Shown here: piece after piece, positions 7,967 through 17,863 of the stretch
How the letters are laid out: the number at the start of each line of letters is the position of its first letter
How positions within the stretch are numbered: position 1 is the first letter of the stretch
Source of the DNA: Candidatus Saccharimonadales bacterium
Lineage (GTDB): Bacteria; Patescibacteriota; Saccharimonadia; Saccharimonadales; UBA4665
Direction of reading: 5' to 3'
Length of the DNA stretch: 64,000 nucleotides
Assembly (NCBI GenBank): GCA_046350675.1
Contig: JAXLZZ010000008.1
Span: 5,726-69,725, forward strand
Notes under the pieces: model-generated
Told to the model about the DNA's origin: nothing
The model's input: only the letters and a program-made list of their open reading frames with translations
Databases searched by the model: none
Position numbers and translations under genes: made by a program

Positions 7967-10753
7967 CTATGAACAGCCGGTGGTGCTACCGCAGGAAGTG
8001 CAGACATAACAACTGCCTGACCTTTGGGTCTGATTGCCACAGTTAAAGCATAGCGGTGCCGCCTCATCGACAATCGCTGGCTTTTTCTTGCTGGCCGCAG
8101 GAGCAGCCTGCTCTACAGTAGGTGCAGGCTGTATCACTGGCGCTTCTACAACCGTAGGCGCGGGTGCCGCAACTGGCTCTTCGACAGGTAGTACTGTCTG
8201 CGCCTCAAGCTCAGGCATGTCATCGAGTGATGCCAAGCCAAGCTCTAATCGATCGTCAAAGCTGAGGTAATCAAGCGCGAGTCGGCGCACGATGTAATCA
8301 GTGATTGAACTCGCAGTACGGATATCTGCATCATCAGTGATACCTGATGGAGCGAAGCTGGCGCCACGAAGTGTCCTGACATAGCTCTTAAGCGGTACAC
8401 CGAATTGCAGACCATGGCTGACACTGATAGCGAATGAGTCCATCAAACCCGACAAGGTTGAACCTTGTTTGCTGACATTGATGAATAGTTCGCCTGGTGT
8501 GCCATCCTCGTACTCGCCAACGGTGAAGTAGCCTTCTAGGTCGGCAATCTGGAACTTGTAGGTCTTAGAGTTGCGTACCTGTGGCAAACGGCGTCGTACT
8601 GCACCCTTTACGACAAATTTGTCAGTTGCTTCTTCAACTGAAGCAGTTGCTGGCGCATCTTGTTTGTCGCCTTCTTTCTTCGCCATGCTAAGTGGCTGCG
8701 CAACCTTACAGTTATCGCGGTAGATAGCTACTGCTTTGAGGCCCATCTTCCAAGAGTCGATGTGAATCTGCTCGATATCTTCAACAGTTGCTTCTTCTGG
8801 CATATTGACGGTCTTACTGATTGCACCGCTAAGGAACGGCTGTACTGCAGACATCATCTTGACGTGGCCAAGATAGTGAATTGCGTTATCGCCCATTGAG
8901 CAGGCAAAGACTGCTTTGTGTTCGTCTTTGAGTGCTGGTGCACCGAGAATGGTCTTTTCTTCGTCGATGTAAGCCACAATAGCGTCGATCTGAGACTTGG
9001 TGTAGCCGAGCGCTTTGAGGGCGCGTGGCACAGTTTGGTTTACGATACTCATCGTACCGCCACCAACAAGCTTCTTGAGCTTCACGAGGCCAAGATCTGG
9101 TTCGATACCAGTGGTATCGCAGTCCATCATTAGGCCGATGGTGCCGGTTGGTGCCAACACGCTCGCCTGGCTATTGCGCACACCATATAGTTCACCAAGC
9201 TCGACCGCTTCGTCCCATGCAGCTTGTGCGGCGCTGAGTAGGTCTTCTGAGACCAAACTGGCGTCGATCTTTGAAACTTCTGCGCGGTGCATACGAAGTA
9301 CATTAAGCATGCCGTCGCGGTCTTTGCGGTAGCCCGCAAATGGCCCAACGCGGTTAGCGATCTTAGCACTTGTAGCGTATGACTGACCGGTAAGCAATGC
9401 GGTAATCGCAGCTGCTTGGGCGCGGCCTTCGTCGCTGTCGTATGGCAAACCTTGAGCCATTAGGAGCGCACCGAGGTTGGCATACCCGATACCAAGCTCG
9501 CGGTAGGCTTTTGCGTTCTTACCGATAGCTTCAGTTGGATACTCACTGTAGCCAACGAGAATTTCTTGGGCAGTAAAGATTAACTCAACTGTATGGATGA
9601 ACGCCTTTACATCAAAGGTATTGTCTTCGTTGAGGAACTTAAGCAAGTTTAGGCTTGCGAGGTTACAGGCTGAGTTATCCAAGTGCATGTACTCACTACA
9701 AGGGTTGGAGCCGTTGATACGACCAGCATTTGGTGTAGTGTGCCACTTGTTAATAGTCGTGTCGAACTGCATGCCTGGATCTGCACATTCCCAGGCTGCT
9801 TCAGCAAATTGACGGAATAGATCACGAGCCTTTACTTTTTTAACACTCTTACCACTGGTAACAGCACGAAGGTCCCACATATCGTCGTTCTCGACTGCTT
9901 GCATGAATTCATCAGTAACACGCATTGAAATGTTAGCGTTCTGGTACTGCACACTAAAGGAGTCTTTACCATCAAGGCTCATATCCCAGCCGAGATTCTG
10001 AAGATCACGTGCTTTGCGCTCTTCGATTGCTTTACTCCAAATGAACTCTTCAATATCTGGGTGCTCAGCATTGAGGATTACCATCTTGGCTGCACGGCGT
10101 GTCTTACCGCCACTCTTAATAGCACCAGCCGACGCATCGGCGCCGCGCATAAAGCTGAGTGGACCAGAAGCAGTACCGGCGCTCTTGCCAAGCTGCTCAA
10201 CGCTAGAACGGATCGGGCTGATGTTAATACCAGAACCTGAACCGCCCTTGAAGATCATGCCTTCTTCGACATACCAATTAAGAATAGCTGGCATAGTATC
10301 TTCGATACCAAGGATGAAACAAGCGCTTGCCTGTTGCGCGCGCTCTTTTACACCGATGTTAAACCATACTGGACTGTTAAATGCAGCGCGCTGCGTTGCC
10401 AAAATATACTTCAGTTCTTCGCGGTAATCTTCGGCTTCGGCATCGCTCTCAAAGTAGCCTTCTTGCAAACCTTGGCGGGTAACCGTATCAACCACACGAT
10501 CAATAAGATCTTTTAAAGAACTCTCTCGCTCTGGTGTACCAGGCGTACCGCTAAAGTATTTTTGTGAAACAATATTAATTGCGTTCAGCGACCAGCCCTC
10601 TGGAAATTCAACGCCTAATTGTTCAAAGACGTTCTTGCCAGTGCCGGGGTTTTTGATGATTGAATCACGCTTAACCCATTTGAGTTGATCATATGCTTTA
10701 CTTTTTTTGGGGGTAAAAAGCCGCTCCACCCCTAAGTTGGTTGTTTGTCCCAT
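7967..10753 (-). CDS. nrdJ: adenosylcobalamin-dependent (class II) ribonucleotide reductase
   Basis: 928 aa with the active-site region NPCSEYMHLDNSACNLASLNL. Cys-rich C-terminus CFNCGNQTQRSGSCYVCTSCGSTTGCS, typical of NrdJ. Confidence 0.93.
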   Translation of the reverse strand: MGQTTNLGVERLFTPKKSKAYDQLKWVKRDSIIKNPGTGKNVFEQLGVEFPEGWSLNAINIVSQKYFSGTPGTPERESSLKDLIDRVVDTVTRQGLQEGYFESDAEAEDYREELKYILATQRAAFNSPVWFNIGVKERAQQASACFILGIEDTMPAILNWYVEEGMIFKGGSGSGINISPIRSSVEQLGKSAGTASGPLSFMRGADASAGAIKSGGKTRRAAKMVILNAEHPDIEEFIWSKAIEERKARDLQNLGWDMSLDGKDSFSVQYQNANISMRVTDEFMQAVENDDMWDLRAVTSGKSVKKVKARDLFRQFAEAAWECADPGMQFDTTINKWHTTPNAGRINGSNPCSEYMHLDNSACNLASLNLLKFLNEDNTFDVKAFIHTVELIFTAQEILVGYSEYPTEAIGKNAKAYRELGIGYANLGALLMAQGLPYDSDEGRAQAAAITALLTGQSYATSAKIANRVGPFAGYRKDRDGMLNVLRMHRAEVSKIDASLVSEDLLSAAQAAWDEAVELGELYGVRNSQASVLAPTGTIGLMMDCDTTGIEPDLGLVKLKKLVGGGTMSIVNQTVPRALKALGYTKSQIDAIVAYIDEEKTILGAPALKDEHKAVFACSMGDNAIHYLGHVKMMSAVQPFLSGAISKTVNMPEEATVEDIEQIHIDSWKMGLKAVAIYRDNCKVAQPLSMAKKEGDKQDAPATASVEEATDKFVVKGAVRRRLPQVRNSKTYKFQIADLEGYFTVGEYEDGTPGELFINVSKQGSTLSGLMDSFAISVSHGLQFGVPLKSYVRTLRGASFAPSGITDDADIRTASSITDYIVRRLALDYLSFDDRLELGLASLDDMPELEAQTVLPVEEPVAAPAPTVVEAPVIQPAPTVEQAAPAASKKKPAIVDEAAPLCFNCGNQTQRSGSCYVCTSCGSTTGCS

Positions 10754-10896
10754 TGTTCTATCCTCTTCCCTCCGTCACCTGACGGAACCCTCATTTTATT
10801 TATATTGTTTTTGAAATTTTTGTTTAGAGTTCTGATGGTCTGTCTCTCAACTCAGACTATCATTTTGAGCTCTCTGCGACTCCTAATGTCTACTGC

Positions 10897-10940
10897 GATT
10901 ATATATCTATGCGCACCGAGATGTATATAGATATATGATC
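10897..10940. promoter_or_regulatory. AT-rich inverted repeat upstream of nrdJ (possible operator; weak match to the NrdR box)
   Basis: gattATATATctat (10897-10910) and atagATATATgatc (10927-10940) are inverted copies with centres 30 bp apart. The C..G flanks of the NrdR-box consensus are missing. Confidence 0.3.
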
Positions 10941-11026
10941 ACATTCCGCATCGGAAACCGGAGAGAACCCATCAAAGATTCTAAACGCTGCTTTTATACC
11001 TGGGTAGCTCCCAGATATATCAGCAG

Positions 11027-11503
11027 CTATTCTTTGATTTCGCTTAAATGCTTGCCTTGTCGCACTAACGATAGCTCCTTTTCGAAGCCGGCTATGTCAG
11101 TGAAGCGTCGATAGACACTTGCAAAGCGCACATACGCTACCTCGTTGAGCCGTGCCAGTCGCTCCATAACTAACTCGCCGACTCGAGTCGAGCGTACTTC
11201 CTGCTCGCCACAGGCATAGAGCTCTTGCTCAATATCATCAACCATCTTTTCGAGTTGCAGGCTGGTGACCGGCGTCTTTTCGGACGCACGATACAAACCG
11301 GCTAACAACTTGGCGCGGTTAAAGAGCTGCCTGGTGCCATCATTTTTGATGACAATTAATTGTGGGCGCTCTAATCGCTCATAAGTAGTAAATCGATATC
11401 CGCAGGCTACGCACATGCGGCGGCGGCGTATTGCTTGACCCTCTGCTACGTCACGAGACTCAATAACTTTGATGTCATCGCTTTGGCATTGGTTGCATTT
11501 CAT
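11027..11503 (-). CDS. nrdR: transcriptional repressor NrdR
   Basis: MKCNQCQSDDIKVIESR...CVACGYRFTTYERLE zinc ribbon followed by an ATP-cone-like region. Adjacent to nrdJ. Confidence 0.93.
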   Translation of the reverse strand: MKCNQCQSDDIKVIESRDVAEGQAIRRRRMCVACGYRFTTYERLERPQLIVIKNDGTRQLFNRAKLLAGLYRASEKTPVTSLQLEKMVDDIEQELYACGEQEVRSTRVGELVMERLARLNEVAYVRFASVYRRFTDIAGFEKELSLVRQGKHLSEIKE

Positions 11504-11760
11504 ATGCTGCCTCCTAACCCCACAAGACCTTTGCAGACTTGGTGATTTTCATACACATAATTGTGTTCGAAATTATTCACAACAAAGTCTATTTATAGGT
11601 ACTTTTTTGGGTTAATTCTTTGTTTAATGTGCGCACACCTACTTGTGCGAATCCCCACATATAGTGGTGTGTGCTCTTAATATAGCCCTAGCTGTGGTGT
11701 TTTGCAAGCAATTTAACGCTGTATTATTTAATACAGACCTCTCAGAGGTGGTCAGTTTAC

Positions 11761-13116
11761 TTACAGAGACTTTTCGTCATTAGAATCGTCTTTTTTGTCG
11801 TCGTCTTGGTGCTTATTGCGACGGCCTAATCGGCGCAGGAATGATGGCTTATCGAGCTCTTCTTCCATACTAGAGCTCACGACTTGATGCTCATCAGCAT
11901 CGTCATCTTTGTGTTTGTCGTCATTGTCTTTCTTGTCGTTATCGTCTTCATCATTAGACTTATCGTCGTCGTTCTCTTTGTCGTGCATAGCCCAGATATT
12001 AGGCAGATCATGTTCGTCGTGTTCACGGTGGAATTCTGGAGACTCCTCGTCGTCGCCGAGGCTCATATCCATCTCAGACATTTCTTTTTCCTGCTTCTTG
12101 CTGGCATTCAGGGTAACTGGCTTAACTGCTGGCTCGCCCGCATCGCGCTTGGCGTAGTATGAGGCATCAAAACCAGTTGCCACCACAGTGATGATAACTT
12201 CATCACCGAGCTGTGGGTTGATCGTTGCACCGAAGATGATGTTTGCATCTGGGTCTGCAGCTGAAGTAATAGCTTCGGCAGCTGCATTAATTTCGTGCAT
12301 TGATAGATCGTTGCCACCAATTACATTAAAGAGTACGCCACGCGCACCATCGATCGATACTTCGAGCAGCGGCGACTCGATAGCTTGCTGTGCAGCACTA
12401 ATAGCGCGGTCTTCACCACTTGCGCGGCCGATACCCATCAAAGCAGAACCAGCCTTAGCCATAACGGTCTTCACGTCGGCAAAGTCAAGGTTGATCAGAC
12501 CGTGGACGGTAATGAGATCTGAAATACCTTGTACGCCTTGGCGGAGTACATCATCAGCAACCTTAAAGGCCTCCATAAGTGGTGTGTCGCGATCAATGGT
12601 TTGGAGTAGACGATCGTTTGGAATAATGATCAATGTGTCGACTGATTCGCGCAATTTATCAATTGCAGTGTCAGCATTGCGGCGACGCTTTTCGCCTTCA
12701 AAGGCAAACGGCTTAGTTGCAAAACCAACTACCAAAATGCCGAGATCGGTAGCAACTTGTGCAACCACGTGGCCAGCACCACTGCCGGTACCGCCACCAG
12801 CACCTATTGTGACAAATACCATGTCTGCGCCTTCAATTGCTTTGCGTATTTCGTCACGCGATTCTTCTGCAGCTAGCTCGCCAACTGCCGGATCGGCACC
12901 CGCGCCTAAGCCCCGTGTAGCATCCTTACCAATATGAATCTTGGTCGTAGCCTTAGAATGGTGCAACGCCTGCGCGTCCGTATTAATAGCTATGAATTCG
13001 ACGTTTTCGATTCCGGCCTCAACCATGCGGTTGATGGCTGCGCCGCCGGCGCCACCAACACCAATTACTTTTATCTGTGCAAATGTTTCGATTGCTGGCT
13101 CAACAACTTCTGGCAT
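11761..13116 (-). CDS. ftsZ: cell division protein FtsZ with long charged C-terminal linker
   Basis: Contains [13 protein letters not shown] and [13 protein letters not shown] tubulin-type motifs. The C-terminal peptide is [13 protein letters not shown]. Confidence 0.97.
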   Translation of the reverse strand: MPEVVEPAIETFAQIKVIGVGGAGGAAINRMVEAGIENVEFIAINTDAQALHHSKATTKIHIGKDATRGLGAGADPAVGELAAEESRDEIRKAIEGADMVFVTIGAGGGTGSGAGHVVAQVATDLGILVVGFATKPFAFEGEKRRRNADTAIDKLRESVDTLIIIPNDRLLQTIDRDTPLMEAFKVADDVLRQGVQGISDLITVHGLINLDFADVKTVMAKAGSALMGIGRASGEDRAISAAQQAIESPLLEVSIDGARGVLFNVIGGNDLSMHEINAAAEAITSAADPDANIIFGATINPQLGDEVIITVVATGFDASYYAKRDAGEPAVKPVTLNASKKQEKEMSEMDMSLGDDEESPEFHREHDEHDLPNIWAMHDKENDDDKSNDEDDNDKKDNDDKHKDDDADEHQVVSSSMEEELDKPSFLRRLGRRNKHQDDDKKDDSNDEKSL

Positions 13117-13153
13117 TGATTATCCCCTTTAAACCCCTAAACTTTATGCCCGT

Positions 13154-13182
13154 AGTATAGCTCAGCTCTCTGTAAAGTTCAA
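13154..13182 (-). promoter_or_regulatory. candidate promoter for ftsZ
   Basis: Minus strand TTGAAC-17 nt-TATACT. Confidence 0.4.
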
Positions 13183-13295
13183 CAAATTTATACGGCACAA
13201 ATCCACACCATGATTTGTGCTCCACTTTTGTACCTACAATTGTGTTCGTCAAAAAAGTAGAACAACCTGCTTATAAAAAATGTGTACGTTCGTAC

Positions 13296-14528
13296 TTATT
13301 TAGAGCGAAAACGCCCAAACAAACCACCAACAAATGCCTTGGCACCGCCGCCTGCTCCACCATGAACTGGCGGTAAGGCCGGCAGTAAAAGCATGTCTAA
13401 TAGCATCAATCCTACAACAGTCGTGAAGGCTGGATCTTCAACAGTGTCCACCAATCCACCCACATTATGAAGCTTACCTATGCGTGCTGGCAGCTGCAGT
13501 TTTTCGCGCGCAAATTCATCAATGCCTGGTAGTTTGGCCGTGCCGCCGGTAATCACAATTCCGCCCGGCAACTTACGCGAACGTTTGATTTTGTGAAGCT
13601 CTTTATCAACGTATTCAAACAACTCGTCCATGCGCGCTTCAACAATCATGGAAATCTCTTCGAACTTAAAGTTGTGTGCTTTATTGCCAACCTTTACCAT
13701 AGCGTTGGTTTTCTTTGGCTCACTGTGCACATCTGCGTGCTGAACCTTTACCTGCTCAGCAACATCAATATCAGTCTTTAGACCGATAGCCAGATCGTTG
13801 GTAATATGCTGGCCGCCGATTGGCAACACAGATACATGCTGCACCTCGCCATCTTCAAAGACAATCAAGTTCGTCGTACCGGCACCGATGTCGATTAGGG
13901 CTGTACCGGCTTCACGCTGCTGACGTGTCAGCACAGATTCTGCAGCAGCTAGACCTGATACGGTGTGGTGCGTCGGTGCGACTTCAGCTTTTTCTAAAGC
14001 CATATCAAGATTACGCAAGTTAGGAGACGCGGCAGTCACAATATGTGCATCCACTTCTAAGCGAACCCCATGCATGCCTACCGGATCTTTAATGTTCTTT
14101 TGGCCATCTAGACTGTAGTTCTTGGCAAAGAACTGTACAATCTCGCGATTTGGCGGCAGTGATACGATAGTAGCCGCCTCTTCTACTCGCATGCGATCTT
14201 CTGGAGTAATCTCGCGATCAGCAGCAGAAATAGCAATCACACCTTCTGAATTCAAACCACTGACGTGTGAGCCGTTCACGTTAACTGTAGCGTGCTTAAT
14301 CTGCATACCCGAAATACGCTCTGCCTCGGTAACAGCTTTGATAATCGCCTCGGCCACATCATCAACGTGTACCACCGCACCGCGGCGCATGCCTTGATTA
14401 GCCGCTTGCCCGTGGCCAATTATAGACGGCATACTGCTGCCGTTTGGATCATACATACCGACCACACAGCGCACGGCGCTCGTGCCGATATCAAGACCGA
14501 TAAAATGTTCTGCGTTTTGATTATTCAT
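13296..14528 (-). CDS. ftsA: cell division protein FtsA
   Basis: GLDIGTSAVRCVVG actin-fold phosphate-1 motif and ALIDIGAGTTNL. Located upstream of ftsZ. Confidence 0.95.
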   Translation of the reverse strand: MNNQNAEHFIGLDIGTSAVRCVVGMYDPNGSSMPSIIGHGQAANQGMRRGAVVHVDDVAEAIIKAVTEAERISGMQIKHATVNVNGSHVSGLNSEGVIAISAADREITPEDRMRVEEAATIVSLPPNREIVQFFAKNYSLDGQKNIKDPVGMHGVRLEVDAHIVTAASPNLRNLDMALEKAEVAPTHHTVSGLAAAESVLTRQQREAGTALIDIGAGTTNLIVFEDGEVQHVSVLPIGGQHITNDLAIGLKTDIDVAEQVKVQHADVHSEPKKTNAMVKVGNKAHNFKFEEISMIVEARMDELFEYVDKELHKIKRSRKLPGGIVITGGTAKLPGIDEFAREKLQLPARIGKLHNVGGLVDTVEDPAFTTVVGLMLLDMLLLPALPPVHGGAGGGAKAFVGGLFGRFRSK

Positions 14529-14563
14529 AGATGTCAGTACTAAACAACTTTATACTGGCATCA

Positions 14564-14593
14564 GTATATCGCTATTGCTTCCCTGATAGCAAG
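14564..14593 (-). promoter_or_regulatory. candidate promoter for ftsA
   Basis: Minus strand TTGCTA-18 nt-TATACT. Confidence 0.35.
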
Positions 14594-14609
14594 TTGAACA
14601 GGGGTCAGA

Positions 14610-15365
14610 TTACAGTTGCGTAAGGATTTCTGCGCCATTTTTGGTGATCAATACTGTGTGCTCGAAGTGCGCCGCCCAAGAACCGTCTTTGGTCATAATC
14701 GTCCAACCGTCAGGCGCTAGATATACACCATCACCGCCGAGCGTCACCATCGGCTCAATTGCAATTGTCATGCCTTCACTCAACCACGGACCAGTGTCGG
14801 CGCGACCGTAATTAGGAATGTTGGGGTCCTCGTGTACATGATGGCCCACGCCATGCCCTACCAAATCTCGCACAATACCATACCCAAACTTATTGAGATA
14901 GCGTTCGATTGGCTCGCCAATATCGCCGGTACGCACTTGATCATGAACAGCATTGATACCTCGATGCATGGCAATCTCGGTGTTTTTAACTAGTTCAATG
15001 TGCTCTTTCTGTTTTGGCGTACCAGCAATCACGCTAATCGCCGAGTCAGTAATCATGGCTTTGTATCTCACACCAAAATCTAAACTAACAATATCGCCAC
15101 TTTTGATAATCTTCTCTTTGTTGGGGATGCCATGCACCACCTGTTCGTTCACAGAAATACAAATCACATCCGCGAAACCTTGATAGCCTTTAAACGCTGG
15201 TTCGCCACCAAGTGTCCGTAGTTCAGCCGCCGCAAAATCAGCCAGCTCTTTGGTGCTCACCCCTGGCACAACTTGAGGCTTCAACGCCTCAAGCACGGTA
15301 GCCAACATGCGACCACTTTCACGCATCGCCTTAATTTCAGATTTGGTCTTTACTCTCGTTTGCAT
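14610..15365 (-). CDS. map: type I methionine aminopeptidase
   Basis: 251 aa with metal-ligand context DIVSLDFGV, DSAISV, GHGVGHHVHE and EPM. Confidence 0.95.
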   Translation of the reverse strand: MQTRVKTKSEIKAMRESGRMLATVLEALKPQVVPGVSTKELADFAAAELRTLGGEPAFKGYQGFADVICISVNEQVVHGIPNKEKIIKSGDIVSLDFGVRYKAMITDSAISVIAGTPKQKEHIELVKNTEIAMHRGINAVHDQVRTGDIGEPIERYLNKFGYGIVRDLVGHGVGHHVHEDPNIPNYGRADTGPWLSEGMTIAIEPMVTLGGDGVYLAPDGWTIMTKDGSWAAHFEHTVLITKNGAEILTQL

Positions 15366-15386
15366 ACTGTTACTGTAGCAGCGCGC

Positions 15387-15923
15387 TTATTTCTTGTCGA
15401 TGTAGCTCATGATCTCATCATGAACGGCGATTGGTTCTTGGGCGGCGTCGATATCGTACACGTTTACGCCAGCTTTTCTAAAATGATCGAGAATCGGCAA
15501 CGTAGTTGATTCATACTCTTTGAAACGATTAGCGATAGCTGATTCTGTATCGTCTTGGCGACCGCGAGCTAGCAAACGCTCTTTCACGACCTCTGGAGAA
15601 GCAGCTAAATTGAAAATTGCATTCAATTTAAAGCGACCGGCTTTTACTTGGTCCAACAACCAATCAGCCTGCACTTCAGTACGAGGGAATCCGTCAAGCA
15701 AGAACTCTTCATTCACATCAATGAGGTCAAGCGTTTTATCTATCAACTTAATAACCTCTTCGTCGCTCAACAACTTGCCCTCAAGCATCTGCTGGCGGCG
15801 CTTACCTGTTACCAACACACGGAATAATTCACCCGTAGAAATCCATGCATAGCCATGCTCATCAGCGAACAATCGCCCTTGCATACTCTTACCAGCACCA
15901 GCCACACCCATCAGAATGATCAT
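15387..15923 (-). CDS. adk: adenylate kinase (short-lid type)
   Basis: GVAGAGKSMQG P-loop and ISTGELFR motif. 178 aa, directly upstream of map as in spc-type operons. Confidence 0.85.
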   Translation of the reverse strand: MIILMGVAGAGKSMQGRLFADEHGYAWISTGELFRVLVTGKRRQQMLEGKLLSDEEVIKLIDKTLDLIDVNEEFLLDGFPRTEVQADWLLDQVKAGRFKLNAIFNLAASPEVVKERLLARGRQDDTESAIANRFKEYESTTLPILDHFRKAGVNVYDIDAAQEPIAVHDEIMSYIDKK

Positions 15924-16050
15924 TGATTTTCTCCGTTTACTGTTTTCCGTTTACTGTTTTCCATGCTTTTACCGTTATCCATGCTCTGCTCAACGGCAAA
16001 CAGAACCCGGTGAATGCCTGGTAAACGGTTGAGGGTTACTGGTAAATGGC

Positions 16051-16503
16051 TCACTGCGTGAGTCTCTCCTTTGTTAGTCGTGCAATTATTGAACCGTCGG
16101 CACTGCCAGCTGTTTTGGCACGCACACCAGCAATTACTTTGCCCATGTCACGCTGACTTTCAGCACCTGTTTCTTCTATAACCTCATCTACAATACCGGC
16201 AATTTCGTCTTCGCTCAACTGTTCTGGCAAATATTCTTCAATAATCGCCTTCTCAGCCAATTCTTTGTCGGCTTTATCCTGCGCATTGCCCTGCACATAC
16301 ATATCAGCGCTCTCTTGGCGCTTCTTGGCCTCTTTACTAAAGATAGTGATAACTTCCTGGTCTGATAAACCACTATCGCGTTTACCCTCAGCCACCTTCA
16401 CATTCAATAACGTACTCTTAAGCGTCCGAAGCGTAGTTGCACGAGCAGAATCTCCTGCTAGCAGGGCTTTCTTAATATCATCTTCAAGACGTTGCTCTAA
16501 CAT
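16051..16503 (-). CDS. GatB/YqeY domain protein
   Basis: MLEQRLEDDIKKALLAGD...LRTLKS...EYLPEQLSEDEI is YqeY-like. The start is moved to ATG 16503 (GGGAGAA upstream). The 23-codon N-terminal extension in the ORF track lies in the hairpin element. Confidence 0.8.
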   Translation of the reverse strand: MLEQRLEDDIKKALLAGDSARATTLRTLKSTLLNVKVAEGKRDSGLSDQEVITIFSKEAKKRQESADMYVQGNAQDKADKELAEKAIIEEYLPEQLSEDEIAGIVDEVIEETGAESQRDMGKVIAGVRAKTAGSADGSIIARLTKERLTQ

Positions 16504-16524
16504 TGGGTTCTCCCGGAGGCGTGA

Positions 16525-16644
16525 GGATTCGCATACAATAGTGCGGTTTGGGATGAGATGCGAAGCCCGCAAAGAAGCCGTACTAAAGGTACGGCGCCTG
16601 CGGACTGGAACAGCTCGCCCAAAACGCGCATTGTATGTGGATCC
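16525..16644. repeat. long imperfect hairpin element, family member 3 (core GCCGTAC-taaag-GTACGGC)
   Basis: Arms ggattcgcatacaat (16525-16539) and attgtatgtggatcc (16630-16644) pair with two G-U wobbles on the + strand. The core cccgcaaagaagccgtactaaaggtacggcgcctgcgg is homologous to 3829-3866. The last base overlaps the rpsU stop codon. Confidence 0.6.
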
Positions 16645-16859
16645 TACCTTTGGCCTAGCTTGATCTTTTTCAATTTCACAGCCTTGCGCTCCTGACGGAT
16701 AATGGCCTTGCGGCGACGCTCAGTCTTGCTGATTGGCTTCTGAAAATACTGGTTGCCTTTAACAACGGCAATCGCACCAGACTGCTGCACCTTTCGGTTG
16801 AAACGGCGCAATAGGTTCTCGGTAGATTCTTTAGAGTCTTTACGGGTTACTTGTATCAT
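16644..16859 (-). CDS. rpsU: 30S ribosomal protein S21
   Basis: MIQVTRKDSKESTENLLRRFNRKVQQSG...RRRK is a typical S21. Confidence 0.93.
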   Translation of the reverse strand: MIQVTRKDSKESTENLLRRFNRKVQQSGAIAVVKGNQYFQKPISKTERRRKAIIRQERKAVKLKKIKLGQR

Positions 16860-16998
16860 CGAGGTATCACTATACCTGACCGAAGAGAATTATGCAAGAG
16901 TTTAGCCGCAGTTTTCTCCTCCGGTTTTGGACTCCACTCCAATTGCTTGGGCGTCAGCCCACACGGCCGGCGATCATATTCGTGAACCCCGGCGTATG

Positions 16999-17259
16999 TC
17001 AATCCAGAAAGCCGTGACCGTCATATTCATCACCGCAATACTCCCTATAGCCCCGCCTTTTAGCGTTGCTAGTAAAGTTTTCCTTACCCGCATTGACTTG
17101 CTCGGTCCGATGTTCATCTATAAGTTCTTCTAACTGCGAATCTGTCAAACTCAGCACCCCACTGGGCAGGTACACGGCCCCTTTCTTCAAGAGCTCAGCA
17201 TCACGAATTGTACGAGTTTTAGTGGATTGTGCTTGTTCTGGCGACATTTTTTCAACCAT
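16999..17259 (-). CDS. hypothetical protein (86 aa)
   Basis: ORF only; no recognised motif. Confidence 0.45.
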   Translation of the reverse strand: MVEKMSPEQAQSTKTRTIRDAELLKKGAVYLPSGVLSLTDSQLEELIDEHRTEQVNAGKENFTSNAKRRGYREYCGDEYDGHGFLD

Positions 17260-17313
17260 ATATTCATAGTAGCACAGAATTGCTAAAAAGTCAAGGTTTG
17301 TATCTGTTGGGTA

Positions 17314-17604
17314 TTAGCCGGTGACGCGTTTTTGCTGGGCTGAGCGTTGTGATTTCAACACGATGCTTTGGAGCTCGCGAAAGATTGGGAACTGCTTGTT
17401 TGTAGAATAAACTTTGGTGTTGCCCTGGCGTTCACTAACGAGGAAACCAACTTTTTCGAGACGCTTAAGTTCGCGCTGGATATTGCCTGCATCCTCTTTG
17501 ATAAGCTTGGCCAAACCCCTTACGTGAGTCTTAAAATCTGGATATTTAGCATAAATCACAATGATTTTGCGGCGTACTCGTGAAGTGATAAAGATATCTA
17601 ACAT
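17314..17604 (-). CDS. winged-helix (ArsR/MarR-like) transcriptional regulator, putative
   Basis: MLDIFITSRVRRKIIVIYAKYPDFKTHVRGLAKLIKEDAGNIQRELKRLEKVGFLVSERQGNTKVY has an HTH-plus-wing pattern. The internal ATG (17604) is preferred over the basic 42-aa extension in the track. Confidence 0.55.
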   Translation of the reverse strand: MLDIFITSRVRRKIIVIYAKYPDFKTHVRGLAKLIKEDAGNIQRELKRLEKVGFLVSERQGNTKVYSTNKQFPIFRELQSIVLKSQRSAQQKRVTG

Positions 17605-17863
17605 GCTTATGTTTCCCAATTCCCTTATTGTTATCCAAACAACGTTAATTTTTAGTATAGCTCGCGTTTTTGGCTTTGGCAAGACCTTCTGCAAAAATTT
17701 TATACGTTTTTGCCGTTTACCCTTTGCCATTTACCTTTTACCGTGCATTTACCCTTCGGCCATTTTCGCGTATTAAGGGCTAACAGCACATGGCTACCGC
17801 ACAGAAAACGGATCATGATAAACAGAAAACGGCCTATAGTCTAGCGGCTGCTAAACTATAGGC

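Noticed and set aside
15931-15960. A 15-nt direct repeat (tccgtttactgtttt, two copies) upstream of adk.
   Set aside because: It is too short and isolated to interpret, and I noticed no similar copy elsewhere in the window.
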